64,000 bases of DNA from Bacteroidota bacterium (GTDB taxonomy: Bacteria; Bacteroidota; Bacteroidia; Bacteroidales; JAGNHN01): contig JAKLHK010000016.1 of NCBI GenBank assembly GCA_022710185.1, forward strand, positions 11,900 through 75,899, written 5' to 3'. This document shows, in pieces, positions 27,594-36,619 of the stretch. Within the stretch, counting starts at the first letter, position 1. Every line of letters starts with the position of its first letter. The position numbers and the translations under genes were made by a program. The notes beneath the pieces were generated by a model, which was given only the letters and a program-made list of their open reading frames with translations, was not told where the DNA came from and did no database searches.

Positions 27594-29261
27594 TTAGAGC
27601 GTGGACGGTTTCTGGGCCCTTCCCCGGTCCACGAAACCGGCGGTTTCCCCACCCGACCGCATCTCGCGCAGGGCGCGGAGAAAGGCAGGGTCAGTCCGGA
27701 GGTATAGGGGGAAAAACGCCTGGTCGCCGATGAGGTTACGGGCGATATAGGCCTTGAGCAGGGCGGTGATGCGCTCCCGGGCGTAGGCCAGGCCCTGGGG
27801 ATCCTCGGGCAGGCCTTCCCGCCGGGCGAGGTCCACAAGCTCCTGCAGCATGACAGGCGAAGGGCTGAAGCCCCGGTCGAAGGCCTCGGTGTTTTTGAAC
27901 TTTGCCATCTCAGGACGGTGACGATCGGTATAGCTGAAGCTGTAATTGTATAAGATCCCCCTGTTGATCAGCTGGTTGTAATAGCCCAGGCGTTCATCCT
28001 TTTCAAGGCCCACGAAGATGTCCGGGCTGATGCCCCCGCCCCCGTACACCACCTTACCTCCCGGGGTGGTGTATTTGAGGGAATCGTTGACCGGCAGGCT
28101 GTCGTTGCTTTCCATTTCCCCCCCGTGGAAGCGGTCCATGATCTCCATGGCATAGGCATCGGCGCCCTGGTCGTAGGGTCGCTGGATGCAGCGTCCGGTG
28201 GGGGAATAATAGCGGGCTACGGTAAGCCGCAGCCCTGAGCCGTCGGGAAGCTGCAGTTGTTCCTGTACCAGGCCTTTGCCGAAGGAGCGGCGTCCCAGGA
28301 TGAGCCCGCGGTCGTTGTCCTGTATGGCACCGGCCAGGATTTCGCTGGCCGAGGCGGAGCCTTCATCGATGAGGAGGATGAGGGGCTGGGTTTCCCAGTC
28401 GCCCGCGGCGGTGGCATAGGCAAAGCGGCGGGGCCGGGCGCGGCCTTCAGTATATACAATGAGCTGGTCATCGGGCAGGAACTCATCGGCCAGGGCGATG
28501 GCGGCATCCAGGAAGCCCCCGGAATTGCCCCTGAGGTCGAGGATGAGCTTGCGCATCCCATCCGCCTTAAGGTCCTTCAGGGCCTGGTCGAACTCCTCCG
28601 CCGTGGTCATGGAGAAGCGGCTGAGGCGGACGTAGCCTATGCCCGGCTCAGGCAGGTAGGAGATATCGATGCTGTGCTGGGGGATGACGTCCCGGATTAT
28701 GGTATAAGGCAGCAGGTCTGCGTATCCGCGGCGGCTGATCTCCAGCTCCACGCGGGTGCCTTTGTCGCCCTTGAGGCGGCGCATCACGTCGAGGGTGGTG
28801 AGGGACTTCCCTGCCACCGCTTCCCCGTCCACGGTCACGATACGGTCCCCGGCCATCAGTCCGGCCTTTTCGGAAGGCCCGCCCGGGATCACCTGGATGA
28901 TGAGGATGGTGTCTTCGGGCATATTGAACTGTACCCCTATGCCCTCGAATTTCCCCATGAGGGGGTCGTTTACCTGGTCGTATTCCCGGGCCGGGATATA
29001 GGCCGAATGGGGGTCGAGGTCACGGAGCAGGGCCACGATGGCATCTTCGGTAAGGGTCTCCCGGTCCACGCTGTCCACGTACTCCTTTTCTATGTAGTTG
29101 AGAATGTCCTGCAGTTTGCTGATCCCGGAGGGGTTCCCGCTGAGCAGTCCGTTGGGGGAGAGGCGGTCGAGGTAACGCCCCCCCAACAGGCCGATGGCCA
29201 GGGCCAGGGCGAGCAGCAGGGGAAGGTAGAGGTAGATGCGGGTATGGCTTTTCATAGGCAT
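27594..29261 (-). CDS. S41 family C-terminal processing peptidase
   Basis: PDZ (VIPGGPSEKAGLMAGDRIVTVDG) and catalytic region (LDLRGNSGGFL, LIDEGSASASEILAG, SFGKGLVQ). The start was trimmed to MPMKSHTRIYLYLPLLLALA. Confidence 0.85.
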   Translation of the reverse strand: MPMKSHTRIYLYLPLLLALALAIGLLGGRYLDRLSPNGLLSGNPSGISKLQDILNYIEKEYVDSVDRETLTEDAIVALLRDLDPHSAYIPAREYDQVNDPLMGKFEGIGVQFNMPEDTILIIQVIPGGPSEKAGLMAGDRIVTVDGEAVAGKSLTTLDVMRRLKGDKGTRVELEISRRGYADLLPYTIIRDVIPQHSIDISYLPEPGIGYVRLSRFSMTTAEEFDQALKDLKADGMRKLILDLRGNSGGFLDAAIALADEFLPDDQLIVYTEGRARPRRFAYATAAGDWETQPLILLIDEGSASASEILAGAIQDNDRGLILGRRSFGKGLVQEQLQLPDGSGLRLTVARYYSPTGRCIQRPYDQGADAYAMEIMDRFHGGEMESNDSLPVNDSLKYTTPGGKVVYGGGGISPDIFVGLEKDERLGYYNQLINRGILYNYSFSYTDRHRPEMAKFKNTEAFDRGFSPSPVMLQELVDLARREGLPEDPQGLAYARERITALLKAYIARNLIGDQAFFPLYLRTDPAFLRALREMRSGGETAGFVDRGRAQKPSTL

Positions 29262-29313
29262 AACAACACCGATCTTAATGATGTGTTGCGCGACTGCAAA
29301 ATAAGGGGAAAAT

Positions 29314-29354
29314 CCGTGCTCAGTGCTCAATGCTCAAGGTCAATGATCAGTGAT
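29314..29354. repeat. Heptanucleotide tandem array (CANTGNT, ~6 units)
   Basis: ccgtgct cagtgct caatgct caaggt caatgat cagtgat, located upstream of the S41 peptidase start. Confidence 0.55.
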
Positions 29355-29410
29355 TAGCAGGGGAGGAAAGGGATGAAGGGCAGGGGTAAGATGATCCGGC
29401 AGGGCCATGG

Positions 29411-29442
29411 TTTGCAAGTGCTCCTGAAAGATGTTACTTTTG
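29411..29442 (+). promoter_or_regulatory. Bacteroidota-type promoter for tRNA-Leu
   Basis: TTTG (29411-29414), N20, TACTTTTG (29435-29442). The tRNA starts at 29456. Confidence 0.55.
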
Positions 29443-29455
29443 CCCTGCATTTCCT

Positions 29456-29539
29456 GCCCGGATGGCGGAATTGGTAGACGCGTTGGTCTCAAAAACCAAT
29501 AAGGTAACACTTGTGCCGGTTCGATCCCGGCTCCGGGTA
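29456..29539 (+). tRNA. tRNA-Leu (anticodon CAA), type II with long variable arm
   Basis: Folded by hand. Acceptor GCCCGGA/TCCGGGT. D-arm TGGCGGAATTGGTAGACGCG is identical to the classic bacterial tRNA-Leu. Anticodon arm TTGGT-CTCAAAA-ACCAA. T-arm GCCGG-TTCGATC-CCGGC. Discriminator A. No CCA is encoded. Confidence 0.85.
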
Positions 29540-29715
29540 CAAAAACAGTTTGGAGTTTGGAGGAAGAGTGTGGAGAAGAAGTCCTCACGCTTGCACCAAA
29601 CCCGGTAGCTATCGGATCCAAACTGCTTTTCCCTCTTCCTGGCCCATAAAATCAAACAATCACGCCTACAGCAAGAGCAACAGCAAGAGCAAGAAAGATT
29701 CTGTTGCTGTTGCGG

Positions 29716-29745
29716 TTGCTCTTCCCTCACTTATCCTTACCTTTG
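29716..29745 (+). promoter_or_regulatory. Bacteroidota-type promoter for prs
   Basis: TTG (29716-29718), N19, TACCTTTG (29738-29745). The ATG is at 29781. Confidence 0.5.
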
Positions 29746-29780
29746 CCCCCCGAAACCTGGGGTAAACCAATCAGCGGAAT

Positions 29781-30713
29781 ATGACATCTTTAGTCAAGAT
29801 CTTCTCCGGAAGGGAGTCGCGTTACCTGGCCGAGAAGATCGCCAGGAGCTTCGGGCTCGAGCTGGGCAAGGCGGTAGTCACCGACTTCTCTGACGGAGAG
29901 TTCCAGCCGTCGTATGAAGAGAACATCCGCGGGCACGATGTTTTCATCGTACAGTCCACCTTCGCCCCCACCGACAACCTCTTCGAACTGCTGATGATGA
30001 TCGACGCGGCCAAGCGCGCCTCGGCCCGCAGCATCGTCGCCGTTATCCCCTACTTTGGTTTCGCCCGCCAGGACCGCAAGGACAAGCCCCGGGTGTCCAT
30101 CGCCTCCAAGCTTATCGTCGACCTGCTCACCGCCGCCGGCGTGGGGCGCATCATCACCATCGACCTGCACGCCGACCAGATCCAGGGCTTCTTCAATATC
30201 CCTGTCGACCACCTCTTCGCCTCCTCCATCTTTATCCCCCATATCCGTGACCTCAACCTGCCCGGACTGGTCATGGCCTCTCCCGATACCGGAGGGACAC
30301 GCCGGGCCGCAGCCTACGCAAAAATGCTCAACACCACCTTCGTGATCTGCTACAAACAGCGCCTCAAGCCCAACCAGGTGGAGTCCATGCAGCTCATCGG
30401 AGATGTGGAAGGCAAGGACGTAGTGCTGGTAGACGATATCATCGACACGGGGGGCACCATCACCACCGCCGCCCAGCTCATGGTCGAAAAGGGCGCCGCC
30501 AGCGTACGGGGCATCTGTACCCACCCCTTGCTGTCGGGCAAAGCGATCGAACGCATCCAGGACTCCCCCTTCACCGAGGTGTTCGTTACCGACACTATCC
30601 CGCTGAAGGTGAACAGCCCCAAAATAAAAGTTCTGACTACGGCCGACCTGCTCGCCGACGTGATCGGCAGGGTGGTGAAGCACGAGTCCATCAGTTCATT
30701 ATTCAAACTTTAA
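29781..30713 (+). CDS. prs: Ribose-phosphate pyrophosphokinase
   Basis: GFARQDRK, DLHADQIQGFF and VLVDDIIDTGGT. Confidence 0.95.
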   Translation: MTSLVKIFSGRESRYLAEKIARSFGLELGKAVVTDFSDGEFQPSYEENIRGHDVFIVQSTFAPTDNLFELLMMIDAAKRASARSIVAVIPYFGFARQDRKDKPRVSIASKLIVDLLTAAGVGRIITIDLHADQIQGFFNIPVDHLFASSIFIPHIRDLNLPGLVMASPDTGGTRRAAAYAKMLNTTFVICYKQRLKPNQVESMQLIGDVEGKDVVLVDDIIDTGGTITTAAQLMVEKGAASVRGICTHPLLSGKAIERIQDSPFTEVFVTDTIPLKVNSPKIKVLTTADLLADVIGRVVKHESISSLFKL

Positions 30714-30731
30714 TCCTTAACACACACTGCG

Positions 30732-31352
30732 ATGAAACAAGTATCTATGAGCGGTTCTCTCCGCGAGAACGTAGGGAAAAAAGATGCTCGCAGGCACCGC
30801 ACCCAGGGATTGGTCCCCTGCGTCCTCTACGGAGGAAAAGAGCAGGTCCATTTCAACCTGGACGAGAAAGCCTTCGGTAAGCTCATCTTCACCCCCGACA
30901 CCTATCTGGTAAACCTCAGCCTGGGCGGCAAGGCCTATCGGGCCATTCTGAAAGATGTGCAGTACCATCCGGTATCCGACAGCGTGCTGCACGTTGATTT
31001 TCTTGAAGTGACGGATGGCAAGCCCATCGTTACCTCCCTTCCCATCCTCTTCGAGGGCACGGCCAAGGGCGTGCTCCGCGGCGGCAAACTGGTGAAGAAA
31101 CTGCGCAAACTGAAGGTCAAGGGCCTGGTGGCCGACCTGCCGGATGTCATCCAGATCGACATCTCCAAGCTGAACGTGGCCCAGTCGATCCTCATCCGCG
31201 ACATGAAACACCCCAAGATGCGCTTCCTGGATCCTGAAAACTCTGTGATCGTGAGCGTGAAGACGGCGCGTGCCGTGATCGCCGACGAGGAAGAAGAAGA
31301 GCCTGAGACCGGGGACACCGGCGCAACCAGCGAAGAACCGGCCGAAAACTAA
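30732..31352 (+). CDS. rplY: 50S ribosomal protein L25 / general stress protein Ctc
   Basis: SLRENVGKKDARRHRTQGLVPCVLYGG with an acidic C-terminal tail. It lies between prs and pth. Confidence 0.9.
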   Translation: MKQVSMSGSLRENVGKKDARRHRTQGLVPCVLYGGKEQVHFNLDEKAFGKLIFTPDTYLVNLSLGGKAYRAILKDVQYHPVSDSVLHVDFLEVTDGKPIVTSLPILFEGTAKGVLRGGKLVKKLRKLKVKGLVADLPDVIQIDISKLNVAQSILIRDMKHPKMRFLDPENSVIVSVKTARAVIADEEEEEPETGDTGATSEEPAEN

Positions 31353-31376
31353 TCCTTTCTGCCTTGTAAAAAACCT

Positions 31377-31430
31377 GGGCTGTCCCTGCAGCCGGCCTGC
31401 GCCAGGCCACGGGGACAGCCCTTTTCTTTT
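31377..31430 (+). terminator. Intrinsic terminator-like hairpin after rplY
   Basis: gggctgtccc (31377-31386) pairs with gggacagccc (31412-31421) and is followed by ttttctttt. Confidence 0.55.
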
Positions 31431-31435
31431 GAACC

Positions 31436-31999
31436 ATGAAGTACCTCATCGCAGGCCTGGGCAATATCGGCGAGGAATACGCCAATACCCGCCACAACAT
31501 CGGGTTCGTGGTAGCCGATGCCCTCGCCCTGGAAGGGCAGGCCACCTTCAAGACCGAGCGCCTGGCTATGGTCACCCGCGTGAAGTTCAAGGGCCGTACC
31601 CTGGTGGTGATTAAGCCCACCACCTACATGAACCTGAGCGGGAAGGCGGTGAAATACTGGATGGAGAAAGAGGCTATCCCGCGGGAGAACCTGCTGGTGG
31701 TGGTCGACGACCTGGACCTGGAGCCCGGGGTGCTGCGCCTGAGGGCCCGCGGCAGCGACGGCAGCCACAACGGACTGGCGCACATCACCGAGACCCTGGG
31801 CACCAACGACTACGCCCGCCTCCGCTTCGGCATCGGGAAAAACTTCGCCCGGGGATTCCAGGTGGAGTATGTACTCGGGAAATGGAGCAGGGAAGAGGAA
31901 AAAATCCTGCCCCCGAGAGTAGAACAAGCGGTGGAAATCGTAAAAAGCTATGTGAGCATCGGCATCGACCGGACGATGGCGGCGTACAATAATAAATGA
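31436..31999 (+). CDS. pth: Peptidyl-tRNA hydrolase
   Basis: MKYLIAGLGNIGEEYANTRHNIGF and GSDGSHNGL. Confidence 0.95.
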   Translation: MKYLIAGLGNIGEEYANTRHNIGFVVADALALEGQATFKTERLAMVTRVKFKGRTLVVIKPTTYMNLSGKAVKYWMEKEAIPRENLLVVVDDLDLEPGVLRLRARGSDGSHNGLAHITETLGTNDYARLRFGIGKNFARGFQVEYVLGKWSREEEKILPPRVEQAVEIVKSYVSIGIDRTMAAYNNK

Positions 32000-32024
32000 T
32001 GGGCGCATATGCGCATGGACACAT

Positions 32025-33536
32025 CTACAGCTTTGCTGCGATTTTTCCCGCGATCGCTTCCACCGGGACGCGCTCCTGGGTCATGGTGTCGCGTTCGCGG
32101 AGGGTGACGGTATTGTCCTGCAGGGTCTGGTGGTCGATGGTGATGCAGTAGGGCGTTCCGATGGCATCCTGGCGACGGTAGCGTTTCCCGATGGTATCTT
32201 TCTCCTCGTAATAGCACATGAACTGCCGTTTCAGCCGGTCCATGATCTCGCGGCCCTTCTCGGGCAGCCCGTCCTTTTTGGTCAGCGGCAGCACCGCCAC
32301 CTTGTACGGCGCGAGGAAGGGAGGAATGCGCAGCACCACCCGCTCTGATCCGTCCTCCAGCTGTTCTTCGGCATAGGCATGGCTCAGCACGGCCAGGAAG
32401 GTGCGGTCGAGGCCAATGGAGGTCTCGATGACATAGGGCACATAGCTTTCGTTGGTGTCGGGGTCGAAGTAGGCGATTTTCTTCCCGCTGAACTCCTGGT
32501 GGGCGCCCAGGTCGAAATCGGTACGGCTGTGGATGCCTTCGAGCTCCTTGAAGCCCATGGGGAAGCGGAACTCGATATCGGTGGCGGCGTTGGCGTAGTG
32601 GGCCAGCTTCTCATGGTCGTGGAAGCGGTAGTTCTCCTCCGGGATGCCCAGGCCCTTGTGCCACTGGATGCGCTGCTGCTTCCAGTACTCAAACCATTCC
32701 CTTTCGGTGCCGGGTTGGATGAAGTACTGCATCTCCATCTGCTCGAACTCCCGCATGCGGAAGATGAACTGCCGGGCCACGATCTCGTTGCGGAAGGCCT
32801 TGCCCACCTGGGCGATGCCGAAGGGCAGCTTCATGCGGCCGGTCTTCTGCACGTTGAGGTAGTTCACGAAGATGCCCTGGGCGGTCTCGGGCCTGAGGTA
32901 AATAGTATTGGCGCCCTCGGCCGTGGAGCCCATCTGGGTGGAGAACATCAGGTTGAACTGCCGCACTTCGGTCCAGTTCTTCGACCCGGAAAGCGGACAG
33001 GTGATGCCGAGCTCTTCGATGAGGGCCTTGATGCCCTCCAGGTCGTTGGCCTCCATGGCGGGGTACAAGCGCCCCCTGATCTCTTCGATCTGCTGGAGAT
33101 ACCCCATTACCCGGGGGTTGGTGGTCCGGTACATGGCCTCGTCGAAGCTGTCACCGAAGCGGGCAGCAGCTTTCTCCACCTCTTTCTGCACCTTATCCTC
33201 TATCTTCGCCATGTGCTCTTCCACCAGCACGTCGGCACGGTAGCGCTTCTTGCTGTCCTTGTTGTCGATCATCGGATCGTTGAAGGCATCCACATGACCG
33301 GAGGCCTTCCAGATGGTGGGGTGCATGAAGATGGCGGTGTCTATCCCCACGATGTTCTCGTGGTACTGTACCATCGACTTCCACCAGTAGTCCACGATGT
33401 TGCGCTTCAGTTCCACCCCGTTCTGCCCGTAGTCGTACACCGCGGCCAGGCCGTCGTACAGCTCGCTGGAAGGGAATACAAACCCATACTCCTTGGCATG
33501 GGCTATGATCTTTTTAAGAAGGTCTTCGTTTGCCAT
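32025..33536 (-). CDS. glyQS: Glycine--tRNA ligase (dimeric class II type)
   Basis: AKEYGFVFPSSELYDGLAAVYDYGQNG and FRNEIVARQFIFRMREFEQMEMQYF. The start was trimmed to MANEDLLKK (ATG 33536). Confidence 0.9.
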   Translation of the reverse strand: MANEDLLKKIIAHAKEYGFVFPSSELYDGLAAVYDYGQNGVELKRNIVDYWWKSMVQYHENIVGIDTAIFMHPTIWKASGHVDAFNDPMIDNKDSKKRYRADVLVEEHMAKIEDKVQKEVEKAAARFGDSFDEAMYRTTNPRVMGYLQQIEEIRGRLYPAMEANDLEGIKALIEELGITCPLSGSKNWTEVRQFNLMFSTQMGSTAEGANTIYLRPETAQGIFVNYLNVQKTGRMKLPFGIAQVGKAFRNEIVARQFIFRMREFEQMEMQYFIQPGTEREWFEYWKQQRIQWHKGLGIPEENYRFHDHEKLAHYANAATDIEFRFPMGFKELEGIHSRTDFDLGAHQEFSGKKIAYFDPDTNESYVPYVIETSIGLDRTFLAVLSHAYAEEQLEDGSERVVLRIPPFLAPYKVAVLPLTKKDGLPEKGREIMDRLKRQFMCYYEEKDTIGKRYRRQDAIGTPYCITIDHQTLQDNTVTLRERDTMTQERVPVEAIAGKIAAKL

Positions 33537-33540
33537 GCGG

Positions 33541-33570
33541 CAAAAATAGGGAAATGATCGGCGAGGGCAA
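33541..33570 (-). promoter_or_regulatory. Bacteroidota-type promoter for glyQS, only 4 nt from the ATG
   Basis: On the minus strand: TTG (plus 33568-33570), N19, TATTTTTG (plus 33541-33548), then ccgc, then ATG (33536). Confidence 0.45.
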
Positions 33571-33689
33571 TTGGTGACCCCTGATTCAGGATGGCGATTC
33601 TCCCCATGCCCATCACCCACTCCTTACTTTTCTTATCTTCGCCACGCAAAACGCACACAGCAAGCACACTAAACACCAAGTCGACTTCC

Positions 33690-35582
33690 ATGAGAAAATG
33701 GCGTATTGAAGACTCCGTGGAGATGTACAACATCCAGGGCTGGGGGGTCAACTATTTCTCAATCAATGACAAAGGGCATGTGGTGGTGACCCCCTTGCCT
33801 GGTGGAGCCACCATCGACCTGATGGAACTGGTGGAAGACCTGCAGCTGAGGGATGTTTCGACGCCCATGCTGCTGCGTTTTCCTGACATCCTCGACAGCC
33901 GTATCGAGTTGATGGCCAGCTGCTTTGCCACAGCACAGAAGGAGTACGAATACAAGGGGGAGAATTTCCTGGTGTACCCCATCAAGGTGAACCAGATGCG
34001 CCCCGTGGTGGAAGAAATTGTGGATCATGGTAAAAAGTTCAATATCGGACTGGAAGCGGGCTCCAAGCCTGAGCTCCATGCCGTGATCGCCATCAATACC
34101 GACGACAATGCCCTCATCATCTGTAATGGGTATAAGGATGAGGATTATATTGAACTGGCCCTGCTGGCGCAGAAGATGGGCCGCCGCATTTTCATCGTGG
34201 TGGAGAAGCTCAACGAGCTCCGGCTCATCACCCGGGTGGCCAGGCAACTGAAAGTGAAGCCCAACATCGGGATCCGCATCAAGCTGGCCAGTTCTGGCAG
34301 TGGCAAATGGGAGGACTCGGGCGGGGACGTGAGCAAGTTCGGCCTCACTTCCAGCGAGCTGCTGGAGGCCCTGGAGTACCTCGATAAGAACAAGATGAAG
34401 GATTGCCTGAAGCTGGTGCATTTCCACATCGGCAGCCAGGTGACCAAGATCCGGCGCATCAAGATCGCCCTGCGCGAGGCCGCCCAGTTCTATGTGCAGC
34501 TCTTTGCTGAAGGCTTCGCGCCCGAGTTCGTGGACGTAGGCGGGGGACTGGGCGTGGATTACGACGGCACCCGTTCAGCCAACAGCGAGAGCAGCATCAA
34601 CTACAGCGTGCAGGAGTACGTGAACGATGCCATCAGCGCCATGGTCGATGCCGCCGACAAGAACGACATCCCCCACCCCAACATCATCACCGAGTCGGGG
34701 CGCTCACTTACCGCCCACCACAGCGTGCTGGTGTTCGAGGTACTGGAATACGCCTCCCTTCCGCAGTGGGACGAGCAGGAGGAAGTGGGCGAGAACGACC
34801 ATGAACTGGTGAAGGAGTTGTACTATCAGTGGGACAACATCAACCAGACGCGCATGCTGGAGACCTGGCACGACGCCCAGCAGATCCGGGAGGAGGCCCT
34901 GGACCTGTTCAGTCTCGGGATGCTCGACCTGCGCACCCGTGCCCAGATTGAACGGCTGTTCTGGTCCGTGGCCCGGGAGATCTCCGGCATGACCAAGGGT
35001 ATCAAACACGTGCCCGAGGAGTTGACCACCCTGCCCAAACTGCTGGCTGACAAATACTTTTGTAATTTCTCCCTCTTCCAGAGCCTGCCTGATTCCTGGG
35101 CCATCGACCAGATCTTCCCCATTATCCCCCTGCACCGGCATACCGAGCGCCCGGAGCGCAACGCCACCCTGCAGGACATCACCTGTGACTCGGACGGAAA
35201 GATCGACAATTTCATTTCCACGCGCAACTTCTCCTACTACCTGCCGGTGCACAACCTGAAGGAGAAAGAACCTTACTATATAGGCGTATTCCTGGTGGGC
35301 GCCTACCAGGAAATCCTCGGCGACCTGCACAACCTGTTCGGCGACACCAATGCCGTGCATGTTTCGGTGACGGACAACGGCTACCGCATCGATCAGGTGA
35401 TCGACGGGGAGACCGTGGCCGAGGTACTCGACTATGTGCAGTACAATGCCAAGAAGCTGGTGCGTACCGTGGAGACCTGGGTGTCGTCCTCCGTCAAGGC
35501 CGGGAAGATCACTGTGGAGGAGGGCAAGGAATTCCTGAGCAATTACCGCTCAGGACTTTACGGGTATACTTATCTGGAATAG
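33690..35582 (+). CDS. speA: Biosynthetic arginine decarboxylase
   Basis: WRIEDSVEMYNIQGWG, YPIKVNQ (PLP lysine context) and GGGLGVDYDG. The start was trimmed to MRKWRIED (ATG 33690). Confidence 0.9.
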   Translation: MRKWRIEDSVEMYNIQGWGVNYFSINDKGHVVVTPLPGGATIDLMELVEDLQLRDVSTPMLLRFPDILDSRIELMASCFATAQKEYEYKGENFLVYPIKVNQMRPVVEEIVDHGKKFNIGLEAGSKPELHAVIAINTDDNALIICNGYKDEDYIELALLAQKMGRRIFIVVEKLNELRLITRVARQLKVKPNIGIRIKLASSGSGKWEDSGGDVSKFGLTSSELLEALEYLDKNKMKDCLKLVHFHIGSQVTKIRRIKIALREAAQFYVQLFAEGFAPEFVDVGGGLGVDYDGTRSANSESSINYSVQEYVNDAISAMVDAADKNDIPHPNIITESGRSLTAHHSVLVFEVLEYASLPQWDEQEEVGENDHELVKELYYQWDNINQTRMLETWHDAQQIREEALDLFSLGMLDLRTRAQIERLFWSVAREISGMTKGIKHVPEELTTLPKLLADKYFCNFSLFQSLPDSWAIDQIFPIIPLHRHTERPERNATLQDITCDSDGKIDNFISTRNFSYYLPVHNLKEKEPYYIGVFLVGAYQEILGDLHNLFGDTNAVHVSVTDNGYRIDQVIDGETVAEVLDYVQYNAKKLVRTVETWVSSSVKAGKITVEEGKEFLSNYRSGLYGYTYLE

Positions 35583-35606
35583 CGGGGTTCTTACCTGACG
35601 GTCTCA

Positions 35607-35912
35607 ATGCATCCAAGGGCACTCATACTTATCCCATTGACGGTCCTGATCACCGGATGTATAATCTCCATTAACGAGAACAACTACCGGTTGCTTACCA
35701 ACAAGGACAGGCCCTACATCAGATCTTTTCATCACTTCGGGCATAGAATCAAGCTCAATCGTATTTCACTGTGTAAAGATTTGGGACTTGATCCTGCTGC
35801 CATTCCGCGACATGGTTACGATGACTTCCTGTTCCAGGGTAATGCGCTCATCTTTTATAATAATGACTTGAAAAGGGAACAGCTGGACAGCCTGGTTGGA
35901 AAGCCACATTAG
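35607..35912 (+). CDS. Possible small lipoprotein with atypical codon usage
   Basis: Lipobox LTVLITGC. Third codon positions are visibly A/T-rich, unlike all neighbours. I recognised no family. It may be non-coding. Confidence 0.3.
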   Translation: MHPRALILIPLTVLITGCIISINENNYRLLTNKDRPYIRSFHHFGHRIKLNRISLCKDLGLDPAAIPRHGYDDFLFQGNALIFYNNDLKREQLDSLVGKPH

Positions 35913-36113
35913 ATTCCATTCACTTTTACTACAGCGCACCCAGATATTACTCCCCTATGAGGTGTTGCTTGCCCAGGGACCAGGACTGTGAATGATATGT
36001 CGGCAAAGGATGGGGCGGCCCTTGAAGGGGGGGTAGGCGCGATTGAAATGCGAGTGCGAGGGAGAAGGCGAGGGTTGGATCTTCCTGGGTACCCGCAATT
36101 GAAGTGTGAGTGT

Positions 36114-36153
36114 GAGGGAGAGGAAGAGGGAGAGGAAGAGGGAGAGGAAGAGG
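36114..36153. repeat. 12-nt tandem repeat (GAGGGAGAGGAA x3.3), a 40-nt pure polypurine tract
   Basis: Read directly. It ends 2 nt before the stop codon of the minus-strand gene at 36156. Confidence 0.8.
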
Positions 36154-36155
36154 CC

Positions 36156-36527
36156 TCAGGGGGATCGCAGGGCGTGGAGGCTGTCGCGGCGCTGGGCCAT
36201 GCCCCGGCGGAGCTGTTCCAGGAGGGTTTGGGTGCTGTCCATTTCCCTCAGCATCACGGAATCCATTGGGCTGGGGCCGCCCGGCAACCCGATAAGTCCA
36301 AGACGGGCCGCCTCCAGGCGGGCCTGGGCCGAGTCGAGCTGAAGGAGCGATTGTTCCAGGGAAGCGGTGGCACTGTCGAGGCTGTTTGCAATGGTGGCAG
36401 CCCTTTGCTGCTGGCGTTGCGCCAGGGGGCCCGACAGCAGCAGGGTATAGCCCAGGTAGATGAGCAACATGAACCCCAGCAGGGGGAAGACCGTCCGCAA
36501 CAAGGTACGCAGCTTCTGCCTTTCCAT
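36156..36527 (-). CDS. Hypothetical membrane-anchored coiled-coil protein
   Basis: One N-terminal TM (VFPLLGFMLLIYLGYTLLLSG) then a Q/L/A-rich helical region. Codon usage is G/C-ending like the neighbours. The start was trimmed to MERQKL (ATG 36527). Confidence 0.45.
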   Translation of the reverse strand: MERQKLRTLLRTVFPLLGFMLLIYLGYTLLLSGPLAQRQQQRAATIANSLDSATASLEQSLLQLDSAQARLEAARLGLIGLPGGPSPMDSVMLREMDSTQTLLEQLRRGMAQRRDSLHALRSP

Positions 36528-36619
36528 ACCTGGTGATTTATGCCGCCAAGGTACAAAGCTTGCGGCAGCCCACATAGGCATTTTAATGAAATATATGTAA
36601 ATCTTTCGATAATAATGCA

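Noticed and set aside
29456-29780. tRNA-Leu considered as an integration hotspot, with a genomic island or prophage expected next to it.
   Set aside because: I saw no integrase, no direct repeat of the tRNA 3' end, and no foreign-looking genes on either side. The neighbours are the S41 peptidase and prs-rplY-pth.
35988-36536. A 182-aa plus-strand ORF containing CECEGEEEGEEEGEEE.
   Set aside because: The acidic run is simply the translation of the polypurine 12-mer repeat. The rest of the ORF is antisense to a minus-strand ORF that has native codon usage and a TM helix.
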